This document shows, piece after piece, positions 25,581-32,834 of a DNA stretch of 64,000 nucleotides (its first letter is position 1; each line of letters opens with the position of its first letter). The notes beneath the pieces are model-generated. The model had not been told where the DNA came from and did no database searches. It worked only from the letters and a program-made list of their open reading frames with translations. This DNA comes from Escherichia phage JSE. The stretch is from the sequence record EU863408; one strand, 5' to 3'. Both the position numbers and the translations under genes were made by a program.

Positions 25581-25970
25581 TTATACCGGGTCTGGATATA
25601 CCTTTTTATCGAGTTCCATATGCGGTCCGTCTTTAAAAGTAACCCAATCAACACCGCAGATAACAGGAACACCCAATTCTCGACCAGCTTGTTTAAATGC
25701 ATCAGCGATCATACGGTAGTATTTCATGTTCCATGTATCCTTATCTTTCGGATACGCTACAACGTCAACCGCGAAACCGTGAAGATGACGAGATTTCATA
25801 GTCTTAGATTTACCTTCCGCAACATATTTCTTTTGCGTTTCTAGACTACGTACACCTTCCGTAATACCAAAATCGACCGGAGTCAGTTCTAACGCACGAT
25901 GAACGACTTTTACCAGGTCTGGATGCACACCAACAAGCCGATCTTTGCTTCTTTGAGATAATTTAAACAT
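25581..25970 (-). CDS. Endolysin, L-alanyl-D-glutamate peptidase (peptidase M15, T5-endolysin type)
   Basis: SRHLHGFAVD and DGPHMEL zinc-site motifs and N-terminal HRALELTPVDFGITEG resemble phage T5 endolysin as recalled; GGGGGTGA RBS. Confidence 0.85.
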   Translation of the reverse strand: MFKLSQRSKDRLVGVHPDLVKVVHRALELTPVDFGITEGVRSLETQKKYVAEGKSKTMKSRHLHGFAVDVVAYPKDKDTWNMKYYRMIADAFKQAGRELGVPVICGVDWVTFKDGPHMELDKKVYPDPV

Positions 25971-25998
25971 TATTCACCCCCTTTGTGAGTGATAATAT

Positions 25999-26190
25999 TT
26001 AGATCCCGGCGATCCTGCATAGAGTTCTTGTATTAGCACCAATAAGGATAGCATTAACGACAACCATTCCCCAATCAACCCACTGATTATTATAAATGCT
26101 AAATCCGTTTGCTAGGCCAAATACAAGCATTCCGGTACACATACTCAGAGCAATAATCAACATCACGGTAAAACCAAATGCAAATCTCAT
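25999..26190 (-). CDS. Small membrane protein (63 aa)
   Basis: Hydrophobic ORF immediately upstream of endolysin. Confidence 0.4.
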   Translation of the reverse strand: MRFAFGFTVMLIIALSMCTGMLVFGLANGFSIYNNQWVDWGMVVVNAILIGANTRTLCRIAGI

Positions 26191-26191
26191 A

Positions 26192-26458
26192 TTATTTTCC
26201 TTTTCTCTGTTTACGTTTATAAAAGTAATACATTACCTCATCGCGTCCGGTGATCCAACATGCTAGGGCGGTAAACAGGTTTACAATTCCCAACACACCT
26301 ACTGACGCGGCGCTGTCAACAGACATAGGAACAGTAAAGGCCATAGCTAACATAGCAACGCCACAAATGACATTAAGCACCATTATAATAAGACCGAAGA
26401 AAACCATTGTCAATCCTCCGACACAAGAAAACCAACAATCACGCCAGTGATAAGACAT
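26192..26458 (-). CDS. Small membrane protein (<=88 aa)
   Basis: Hydrophobic ORF; start probably internal. Confidence 0.35.
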   Translation of the reverse strand: MSYHWRDCWFSCVGGLTMVFFGLIIMVLNVICGVAMLAMAFTVPMSVDSAASVGVLGIVNLFTALACWITGRDEVMYYFYKRKQRKGK

Positions 26459-26601
26459 GATGCGCCGCTAATCAGACAACCCGCACCAAGTGATTCCCAC
26501 CAGATCAGAGAAGCGACAATAACACAGAATCCCCATACTACCGCAATCACAACATAGGCAAGGGTCGCCCAAAACATATATTTGTTCATAATAAATCCCA
26601 T
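26410..26601 (-). CDS. Small membrane protein (63 aa)
   Basis: Two TM-like segments. Confidence 0.4.
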   Translation of the reverse strand: MGFIMNKYMFWATLAYVVIAVVWGFCVIVASLIWWESLGAGCLISGASCLITGVIVGFLVSED

Positions 26602-26774
26602 TCACCAAACAAATAAGAAAAAAGCCATATCAACAGAAACGAGGCAATTGATCCGGCAAGCAAAATGATATTAGAGAATCCGCCGTCTATCCAGGCGACA
26701 AAACAGAATACGCCAGTATAGAAGCATAAACCAATTACAAAGCATACTATAAGCAACCATAGATAAAACGCCAT
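26586..26774 (-). CDS. Small membrane protein (62 aa)
   Basis: GGAGGG RBS; two TM-like segments. Confidence 0.4.
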   Translation of the reverse strand: MAFYLWLLIVCFVIGLCFYTGVFCFVAWIDGGFSNIILLAGSIASFLLIWLFSYLFGEWDLL

Positions 26775-26835
26775 AGAAAGCCCTCCATCGAGATAAATTA
26801 GTGCGGGTAGTACATTACCCTACCCGCATTGTTAA

Positions 26836-26994
26836 TCATCGCAGAGCGTGTTCTAGAACGATTCCACACCAACCGCTAACCACACCCAAACACACAGCAA
26901 CAAGCAGATTCATTCGGTCTTTTGGAATCATCGCAAACAGAACAACACCCACACAGAAAGCCATTACCATTGAAGTTAACATTTGTTCAACCAT
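26836..26994 (-). CDS. Small membrane protein (52 aa), not in ORF track
   Basis: ATG 26994 with AAAGGTG RBS (TGATAATG overlap with upstream stop); translation MVEQMLTSMVMAFCVGVVLFAMIPKDRMNLLVAVCLGVVSGWCGIVLEHALR. Confidence 0.4.
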   Translation of the reverse strand: MVEQMLTSMVMAFCVGVVLFAMIPKDRMNLLVAVCLGVVSGWCGIVLEHALR

Positions 26995-26996
26995 TA

Positions 26997-27335
26997 TCAC
27001 ACCTTTAAAGTCATAGACGCATAAACATTAATGTCAGGCCAGTTAGGTTCGCAATTATACTCAACATCCCACAAATAAAGCGGTTTAGATGTATCAGCCA
27101 AGTTTTTAAAATCTTCTACCCACATTTCAAGGCTATATGATGGATAAACTAGGCTATCATATCCGCCGTAACGTTGGCCTACTGGTCGGTCAGTAAAAAC
27201 TACCTCAAGATCCGGTAATTCTTTTTCAAGGATAACCGCCAGCGCATAAATCAGACGGTCTTCCTTGTTACGCTGCCGAAGGACCGTTGTCAGTGGGTTT
27301 TTCTGGTTCACTAGCAAGCACCTCCACATTTTCAC
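26997..27335 (-). CDS. Hypothetical protein (<=112 aa)
   Basis: ORF; 5' end overlaps upstream gene. Confidence 0.35.
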   Translation of the reverse strand: MKMWRCLLVNQKNPLTTVLRQRNKEDRLIYALAVILEKELPDLEVVFTDRPVGQRYGGYDSLVYPSYSLEMWVEDFKNLADTSKPLYLWDVEYNCEPNWPDINVYASMTLKV

Positions 27336-27588
27336 AGAATGAAATTTTCACAGACACAATTTTACCATAAGTGAAGAATGAATATACATTATCGAGATAT
27401 TCAACGTCACCTACAATCACATCAAACTGCGGATCAGCAACCGCCGCAACATATTCTACCAGTTCATCAAGAGAATGCAACTTAATTTCATCAATTCGGC
27501 TGTATTTGGTTGCATCTTTGATTTTAAAACCACGTTCTTTCAGCTTATCAATTAGAATTTCACGCGGAGTTTCAAACAGTTTGCTCAT
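27268..27588 (-). CDS. Hypothetical acidic protein (106 aa)
   Basis: ATG 27588 with GAGGATTATATT leader. Confidence 0.45.
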   Translation of the reverse strand: MSKLFETPREILIDKLKERGFKIKDATKYSRIDEIKLHSLDELVEYVAAVADPQFDVIVGDVEYLDNVYSFFTYGKIVSVKISFCENVEVLASEPEKPTDNGPSAA

Positions 27589-27610
27589 AATATAATCCTC
27601 ACATAGTTAA

Positions 27611-27805
27611 TCAATGGTCAATAATCTTGCACATTATAACAGAAAGAACAAAGACCGCAACCCACATATAGATCCCAGCAATCAATGCAATTTCAATATC
27701 ACAATATCCAAGATATACAACAGGAATAAAAACAAACATACAGACCAGCGCAAAGAAACTAGCAAAGACGCTAGAAAATCCGATAGCAGTATTAGTAATA
27801 TTCAT
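27611..27805 (-). CDS. Small membrane protein (64 aa)
   Basis: Hydrophobic ORF. Confidence 0.4.
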   Translation of the reverse strand: MNITNTAIGFSSVFASFFALVCMFVFIPVVYLGYCDIEIALIAGIYMWVAVFVLSVIMCKIIDH

Positions 27806-27806
27806 A

Positions 27807-27989
27807 TTAACAATCCTCGCGGCTTAAGTCAACAGCAATTGCATACAGCATAATGAATATGCTAGCCGATCCGAGAATCAATGCACCCTCACATTTTGAA
27901 ACTCGCTCATCAAAATGTAACATTATCCATCCGAGGATGTTAAAGGCGCAGACCGCGCCTATGTTCGCTAACCAATTAATCTTTTTCAT
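27807..27989 (-). CDS. Small membrane protein (60 aa)
   Basis: Hydrophobic ORF. Confidence 0.4.
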   Translation of the reverse strand: MKKINWLANIGAVCAFNILGWIMLHFDERVSKCEGALILGSASIFIMLYAIAVDLSREDC

Positions 27990-27997
27990 AATATACC

Positions 27998-28324
27998 TTA
28001 GAAAGAAACAGTTTTCAAGAAATCCAGATTTTTAGTACCGAAAACAGAAAAGTAGTGTTTTCCTTTTTCGGTTTTAGAGAAAGCGATTGTCTTCTCTACA
28101 TGGTGACGGAAGCCAGACAGACGATCACCCAGGTCAAGGCGGCAAGCGTAAGTAGTGCCGTTTTCGAAAGTAACCTCGATTTGAGTTTTGTCATATTCGC
28201 TTTCATAGGCTTTTGCTGCCGCTTCCTGTGCTTTACGCTCGAAGTCTTCGAAGTGGAATACTTCGTTTGCGTTAGCGAATACAGAAGATTCAGAGAAGAT
28301 AACTTTAACAGATACTGGTTTCAT
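27998..28324 (-). CDS. Hypothetical protein (108 aa)
   Basis: ATG 28324 after promoter cassette and conserved leader. Confidence 0.45.
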   Translation of the reverse strand: MKPVSVKVIFSESSVFANANEVFHFEDFERKAQEAAAKAYESEYDKTQIEVTFENGTTYACRLDLGDRLSGFRHHVEKTIAFSKTEKGKHYFSVFGTKNLDFLKTVSF

Positions 28325-28367
28325 TTTGATACTCCTTAGTAGTTCGTGTTTCGTTTCGATGGGTGTA

Positions 28368-28395
28368 TTATGCTATACACCCTCTCTCGTGTCAA
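28368..28395 (-). promoter_or_regulatory. Early promoter cassette TTGACA-16-CATAAT inside GGGTGTAT/ATACACCC palindrome
   Basis: Minus-strand read; leader ACACCCATCGAAACGAAACAC. Confidence 0.6.
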
Positions 28396-28402
28396 CAACT
28401 TT

Positions 28403-28591
28403 TTAGTCTTTTTTCATAATTTCTAGAGCAGTTTCTACAGCACCTTTCCAACCTTCCCACATAATGGACATAGTAAGGAAGTTAAAGCACCCGCAGGAAT
28501 CAACCTTTTTAGAGATAAACCATTCTACAAACGCTTCGCTCATACCATGCTCTTTAGCGGATTCGCGTAATTGTTCAATTTGGTCTTCCAT
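28403..28591 (-). CDS. Hypothetical small protein (62 aa)
   Basis: ORF. Confidence 0.35.
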   Translation of the reverse strand: MEDQIEQLRESAKEHGMSEAFVEWFISKKVDSCGCFNFLTMSIMWEGWKGAVETALEIMKKD

Positions 28592-28613
28592 AGTATCACC
28601 TCAACACTTAACG

Positions 28614-28808
28614 TTATTCAAACTCAAACGGTCTATTCATCCTATTGTAAAAGTACATATAACAAGCATAGTTATGTTTTGGTTGTACCGTATCAGATAG
28701 ACACGCTTTTACAGCCTCGCGGTCCGATGGGTCTACACCCTCAGCTTTAAGTAATGCTAAAATCTGGTTATAGCGTACTCTTAGTTGTACTAATGGTTTA
28801 TCCCCCAT
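28614..28808 (-). CDS. Hypothetical small protein (64 aa)
   Basis: ORF. Confidence 0.35.
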   Translation of the reverse strand: MGDKPLVQLRVRYNQILALLKAEGVDPSDREAVKACLSDTVQPKHNYACYMYFYNRMNRPFEFE

Positions 28809-28817
28809 ATTACCCCC

Positions 28818-29039
28818 TTATAGTTGATCAGCGATGTAAGCGTGACAAGCGCGGAGTTTCATTAATGCACTACCTTTCACTTCGCCTACGATGTTCATAA
28901 CTTCTAAGCGGTCGGATGGATTCATCTTAGAGCACCAGATCTGGTTAGCCAATTCCAGTTTACTCATATTTGGTTCCATCTCAAACAGTTCACGCTCAAA
29001 GTCGATAATTTCTTTTGCTGCGTCTTTAAAGTTAATCAT
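28818..29039 (-). CDS. Hypothetical small protein (73 aa)
   Basis: ATG 29039 after promoter cassette. Confidence 0.4.
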   Translation of the reverse strand: MINFKDAAKEIIDFERELFEMEPNMSKLELANQIWCSKMNPSDRLEVMNIVGEVKGSALMKLRACHAYIADQL

Positions 29040-29068
29040 TTTGATTCTCCCGTTTCGTTGATGGTTGT

Positions 29069-29097
29069 ATTGTAGGGGAGTTATCCTCCCCTGTCAA
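29069..29097 (-). promoter_or_regulatory. Early promoter cassette TTGACA-17-TACAAT with palindromic spacer GGGGAGGATAACTCCCC
   Basis: Minus-strand read. Confidence 0.6.
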
Positions 29098-29105
29098 CAC
29101 TTTTA

Positions 29106-29291
29106 TCAGAAATATGCAATATAGTTTGCCAGTCCGACAGAGTCATCATTCGGCATTGCTTTTACTGCCAGTTCAAACCCTGCTTCAACTTTCTGTTTAG
29201 CGGATTCTTCGTTATAACCCCAGATTACCAGAATAGCTACTACGTTTTCTTTGCTTACTGCTTTCAGTGCTTTAGTGATGCGACGTGCCAT
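29106..29291 (-). CDS. Hypothetical small protein (61 aa)
   Basis: ATG 29291 after promoter cassette and conserved leader. Confidence 0.4.
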   Translation of the reverse strand: MARRITKALKAVSKENVVAILVIWGYNEESAKQKVEAGFELAVKAMPNDDSVGLANYIAYF

Positions 29292-29337
29292 AATTTGATT
29301 CTCCGTTTAAGAAAGTGTGTTTCGTTTCGATGGGTGT

Positions 29338-29366
29338 ATTATGCTATAGGCCGGATCTGGTGTCAA
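29338..29366 (-). promoter_or_regulatory. Early promoter cassette TTGACA-17-CATAAT with A/T-rich upstream region
   Basis: Minus-strand read; leader ACACCCATCGAAACGAAACACAC. Confidence 0.6.
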
Positions 29367-29395
29367 CAACTTTTTTTAAAAAAAATTTTTAGGCA

Positions 29396-29421
29396 ATAAA
29401 AAAGCCACTCCGAAGAGTGGC
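29396..29421 (-). terminator. Rho-independent terminator (GCCACUC-UUCG-GAGUGGC + UUUUUU)
   Basis: 7 bp perfect stem, UUCG loop, U6 tail on minus strand. Confidence 0.75.
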
Positions 29422-29570
29422 TTATAGGGAAGGTAGCGAATCTTCCTTGTCTCCAACCTGCTAGCGGCCTAGCAAGTGAATGCTTTAGCGTACCGGATCG
29501 CCCATACGCTGCAATAAATGCGGCTAGGTGACGTCCAAATCATTCTAACCGCGCTGTCTTTAGTTCACTA
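29422..29570 (-). ncRNA. Candidate structured non-coding RNA / long structured 3' UTR
   Basis: 149 nt with no ORF of >=60 aa between a stop codon and a strong terminator; at least four predicted hairpins (GCGGUUAG/CUAGCCGC, AGCGUA/UACGCU, UGCUAG/CUAGCA, GGAAG/CUUCC). Confidence 0.3.
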
Positions 29571-29789
29571 TTATTTATATCGCTTTCTCTCGCGACGTTT
29601 TTGATCTTCTTCCTTGATAGAGTTAAATGCATCAAAAAGACACATGACACTAATAATAAACATAACCGTATTTTCTACGATATCCCACGGCTTCGCATCA
29701 GTACAGATCCCCCAAACGGTAAGAAATGCAAATAGTGCAGAAGAGATCACAAGCATGATACTTGCTAAGATATAAAAAGTCATTTTCAT
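29571..29789 (-). CDS. Small membrane protein (72 aa)
   Basis: Hydrophobic ORF, basic C-terminus. Confidence 0.4.
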   Translation of the reverse strand: MKMTFYILASIMLVISSALFAFLTVWGICTDAKPWDIVENTVMFIISVMCLFDAFNSIKEEDQKRRERKRYK

Positions 29790-29980
29790 GGTTTTACCTC
29801 AATTCTTCGATATTCATCACACATCCACGCAGTAAGCAAGAATCCTAACACATAAGCAACAAAATACGTTAATGCTTCTTCTGGTTCTGTGCTGTGTATC
29901 ATCATTAAACCAGCTAGAACGGTCTTAACAATTACATTTAAAATAATTAGCCACGCAAATAATTTCATCGTTTGCCCCAT
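29786..29980 (-). CDS. Small membrane protein (64 aa)
   Basis: Hydrophobic ORF. Confidence 0.4.
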   Translation of the reverse strand: MGQTMKLFAWLIILNVIVKTVLAGLMMIHSTEPEEALTYFVAYVLGFLLTAWMCDEYRRIEVKP

Positions 29981-30204
29981 TTCGGTCGAGTCTTTTCAAA
30001 CTTATACATTCCGTAACAATCTCGAATCATCCACGTAACAAGAGCACCAGTCAACACAGACAATACACAGAAGAAGTAAAACGGTCCAGTTGCATTATCA
30101 ACATGAGCAAGCCATGTAAAGAAAACACATGCTAAGAATGTAAAGAACATCATAAAACACAAGAAAGCAAAATATTTTATGCTACTCATAGCGCCACCAT
30201 ACAA
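29965..30204 (-). CDS. Small membrane protein (79 aa)
   Basis: Hydrophobic ORF. Confidence 0.4.
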   Translation of the reverse strand: MYGGAMSSIKYFAFLCFMMFFTFLACVFFTWLAHVDNATGPFYFFCVLSVLTGALVTWMIRDCYGMYKFEKTRPKWGKR

Positions 30205-30292
30205 CAGATCATAAGAAAACCCAACGCAATAAGAATTGCATCAAATTTAGTGAACTCAGGTCCACCTATCAACATCATTCGTTCCTGTTCAT

Positions 30293-30490
30293 TCATAGAT
30301 CACAGAGCCATCTTACAGCACCACATAAAGCGATCAAAAGACTAGGTATAAACGAGATTACAACAAGTTTACAAAAATCATCTAAGGTAACACCGGAATA
30401 GCTACCTACTGTAACAACACCGATCATCAGACACAGAAAGAAAACAAATGCAATCAGAAACAAAGTATTGCTAAACAGTTTAGTGATCAT
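30293..30490 (-). CDS. Small membrane protein (65 aa)
   Basis: Hydrophobic ORF. Confidence 0.4.
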   Translation of the reverse strand: MITKLFSNTLFLIAFVFFLCLMIGVVTVGSYSGVTLDDFCKLVVISFIPSLLIALCGAVRWLCDL

Positions 30491-30684
30491 TAGACACCCC
30501 CACGACGATCAATTTCAAAAACTTTTTTACCATCAACGAAGCATGTCACAACTGCCTCGTTGACTTCCGCAAATTGTTGTGTCACCCACTTAAGGTCAGA
30601 GCGAAACAATGTTCTATTAATAACAAATGTTTTACCGCTCTTATCCTTACCCATAAATTTTGCTTTAACCATATCCAATTCCAT
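30490..30684 (-). CDS. Hypothetical small protein (64 aa)
   Basis: ORF. Confidence 0.35.
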   Translation of the reverse strand: MELDMVKAKFMGKDKSGKTFVINRTLFRSDLKWVTQQFAEVNEAVVTCFVDGKKVFEIDRRGGV

Positions 30685-30693
30685 ATTATCACC

Positions 30694-30852
30694 TTATTTG
30701 CTAATCGCTAAACCCAATCCGAAGAGAGCACCCGATGCTACAGTATACCCGAAAGTTTCAAATGCAGTAAAGATATCTAAGCCACCAGCTAACAGAGTTG
30801 CAGTAAACAGAGTACCAGCTACGAACATAAAAGTTTTACCGATAAATTTCAT
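30694..30852 (-). CDS. Small membrane protein (52 aa), not in ORF track
   Basis: ATG 30852 directly after promoter cassette and GGAGAATCAAA leader; translation MKFIGKTFMFVAGTLFTATLLAGGLDIFTAFETFGYTVASGALFGLGLAISK. Confidence 0.45.
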   Translation of the reverse strand: MKFIGKTFMFVAGTLFTATLLAGGLDIFTAFETFGYTVASGALFGLGLAISK

Positions 30853-30883
30853 TTTGATTCTCCTTTCGTTTGTTTGTGGGGGT

Positions 30884-30912
30884 ATCTTACTACCCCCGTT
30901 TCATGTTGTCAA
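30884..30912 (-). promoter_or_regulatory. Early promoter cassette TTGACA-17-TAAGAT inside GGGGGTA/TACCCCC palindrome
   Basis: Minus-strand read. Confidence 0.6.
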
Positions 30913-30918
30913 CTGTTT

Positions 30919-31293
30919 TTAAGAAAATTTTACTTCGTCTACAATGTCTTTCATGACATTGATTTCCATTCCGGTCAGAACACGTTGGAACATGTGCTGC
31001 ACATACGCTTTCAGGTATTCATTTGATGGCTTGCTATCGAAAGTCTTTTTAGTGTAGTAGTCATCACCGAAAGCTACTGTAATTACATTTTCGTCGTCGT
31101 TCCAAGCGATATAAGCAAATTTGCCGTTATCCCAGAAGCGAGCACTAATTGCTACTTTTGTTGAATCGAATCCTACTTCGCTGTGAGATTCAAGAACTAC
31201 TTGCGTACCAGTTTCTTTATGAATGTAGTAGCGGGATACTAAGTCAAAGTTACGGGTGTAGTGACATTCGAATTTATCTTTAAACATCATCAT
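30919..31293 (-). CDS. Hypothetical protein (~125 aa)
   Basis: ATG-ATG-ATG at 31293 after conserved leader; ORF-track start 31362 runs through promoter. Confidence 0.45.
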   Translation of the reverse strand: MMMFKDKFECHYTRNFDLVSRYYIHKETGTQVVLESHSEVGFDSTKVAISARFWDNGKFAYIAWNDDENVITVAFGDDYYTKKTFDSKPSNEYLKAYVQHMFQRVLTGMEINVMKDIVDEVKFS

Positions 31294-31330
31294 TTTGATT
31301 CTCCTAAGTGTGTTTCGTTTCGATATGTGC

Positions 31331-31360
31331 ATTATGCTATAGTCGTTTATGGTTGTCAAC
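31331..31360 (-). promoter_or_regulatory. Early promoter TTGACA-18-CATAAT
   Basis: Minus-strand read; leader GCACATATCGAAACGAAACACAC. Confidence 0.55.
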
Positions 31361-31365
31361 ACCTA

Positions 31366-31396
31366 AAAACAAAAAACCCCGAAAAATTTTCGGGGT
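31366..31396 (-). terminator. Rho-independent terminator after acb1 (CCCCGAAAA/UUUUCGGGG + U run)
   Basis: Palindromic GC-clamped hairpin followed by UUUUUUGUUUUU. Confidence 0.7.
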
Positions 31397-31402
31397 ATAA
31401 AA

Positions 31403-31867
31403 TTACAGTTTGGTCGTCCACTCCAGGTCTAGATCTTCGACATACTCATGAGATCGGACAATCTCTAAATCGAACTCTAGGTCAGTGCCAAATTTACGCG
31501 CACCAACATCATAAGAAAGCGTGATATGCGGTACATATTCAGGATAATCCCACGTCGCGCCTAAAGCAGTGCCGATATCGTGTCTGAATTGCATGTAGTC
31601 GCTTTCAAATGCCAACACAAGCGCATTAGTACCGGATTGAGTTTCAAACACTTTCAGATGGCATAGAGAGCCTAAAAACTTTTCACCCTCTTCTGGGATA
31701 AACGGAACATAGACACGAGAATATAAGATAGTGCTATGCAGTTTATCACGAGGAACGGCATTAGGCAGATCGTAGAACTCCTGCAATTTTTCAATGCGGT
31801 CTAGTGTATCCTCAGTGAATTTAACAGCCGCATATGTACCTTTAACGGATTCTCGAAACGGGGTCAT
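31403..31867 (-). CDS. acb1: 2H phosphoesterase, anti-CBASS protein Acb1 (T4 gene 57B position)
   Basis: Two H-x-T/S-x motifs (HSTIL, HITLS); 154 aa; immediately downstream of 57A as in T4. Confidence 0.75.
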   Translation of the reverse strand: MTPFRESVKGTYAAVKFTEDTLDRIEKLQEFYDLPNAVPRDKLHSTILYSRVYVPFIPEEGEKFLGSLCHLKVFETQSGTNALVLAFESDYMQFRHDIGTALGATWDYPEYVPHITLSYDVGARKFGTDLEFDLEIVRSHEYVEDLDLEWTTKL

Positions 31868-31869
31868 AA

Positions 31870-32130
31870 TCAAGCCTCCGTGATCAGTTCTACTTCCTCT
31901 TCTGCGTCTTCCGCTGCTTCGTCTTTAGGGAGAAGTGCTTTCACTTCTTCGACAATAGCATCAAGGGAAACAGTCCCGTTTTCGTCTGGCTGAATACCCA
32001 GAATGCGTACCAGTTCCATCAATACACGCTCACGATCTTTCAGTTGGCCTTCTAAGAATGCGGCCTTTTCTTGAGTGTCAAACAGACGTACTTTCAGGAC
32101 ATTAATCATTTGTTCATGCTGATTGGACAT
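31870..32130 (-). CDS. 57A: Tail fiber assembly chaperone gp57A
   Basis: 86 aa acidic coiled-coil protein at the T4 57A position; AGGAGA RBS. Confidence 0.65.
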   Translation of the reverse strand: MSNQHEQMINVLKVRLFDTQEKAAFLEGQLKDRERVLMELVRILGIQPDENGTVSLDAIVEEVKALLPKDEAAEDAEEEVELITEA

Positions 32131-32162
32131 ATTCACATCTCCTACTTGTTGATAACTTTTTA

Positions 32163-32819
32163 TTAAATGTTCGCGAGAATCGCGCTTTCAAATTCTTCTA
32201 ATGTACCATTATTTATGATAATGGTTTCACCGTCAATAGGCAAAATTCCTTTTTCGGTGGAGTGAGTCGATACAATACCAGTATCACGCTGAATATGCAA
32301 CACCTTAGCACCCATAGCACGCACGAGAGCAATTTCAATAGGCTGACGCACATCAACCACTACAAAATAACCTTCTTCATTTTTGCGCTTCATAAACTCA
32401 TTCACGAATAGATTACACCAATAAAGCGGATTGATCAAGTTAACCATTATATCAGTACCGAGAGTGGTTAACATGAGACGAATAGACCAGACGTTATTAT
32501 GTTTTTCGCCAATCTCATTAACGACCTTGTAAATCTCAGCCAGACGATCACAAGTAAAGGAACTACCGCCATACTTCGAATCTAGCATAAGCAGACACTG
32601 AATAAACCACTTATGCGCGGTATAGGTATCAATACCTAGATCGGCTTCTCTGTCACGCCCTAACCCGTCAAAGTCAAGATAAGTCAGACCTAAGTCTGGT
32701 TGACATTCGCACAATATTTCTTTGATCGGTGCTGCCAGTTGATAACTATGTCCATCAATGATTAACGCGGCAGTATCTTTTCCTACTCGCTTTTTACCAC
32801 AAAGTGCAATCAATTTCAT
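32163..32819 (-). CDS. 1: Deoxynucleoside monophosphate kinase gp1
   Basis: N-terminal P-loop LCGKKRVGKDT; syntenic with T4 gene 1. Confidence 0.8.
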   Translation of the reverse strand: MKLIALCGKKRVGKDTAALIIDGHSYQLAAPIKEILCECQPDLGLTYLDFDGLGRDREADLGIDTYTAHKWFIQCLLMLDSKYGGSSFTCDRLAEIYKVVNEIGEKHNNVWSIRLMLTTLGTDIMVNLINPLYWCNLFVNEFMKRKNEEGYFVVVDVRQPIEIALVRAMGAKVLHIQRDTGIVSTHSTEKGILPIDGETIIINNGTLEEFESAILANI

Positions 32820-32834
32820 TATATAAGCCTCTTA

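Noticed and set aside
2482-31360. Possibility that the recurring ~30-nt GC-palindrome repeats are a CRISPR array or transposon inverted repeats
   Set aside because: Copies are dispersed one per intergenic region, each coupled to -35/-10 hexamers and an SD-ATG, not tandemly spaced with unique spacers; no cas or transposase genes present
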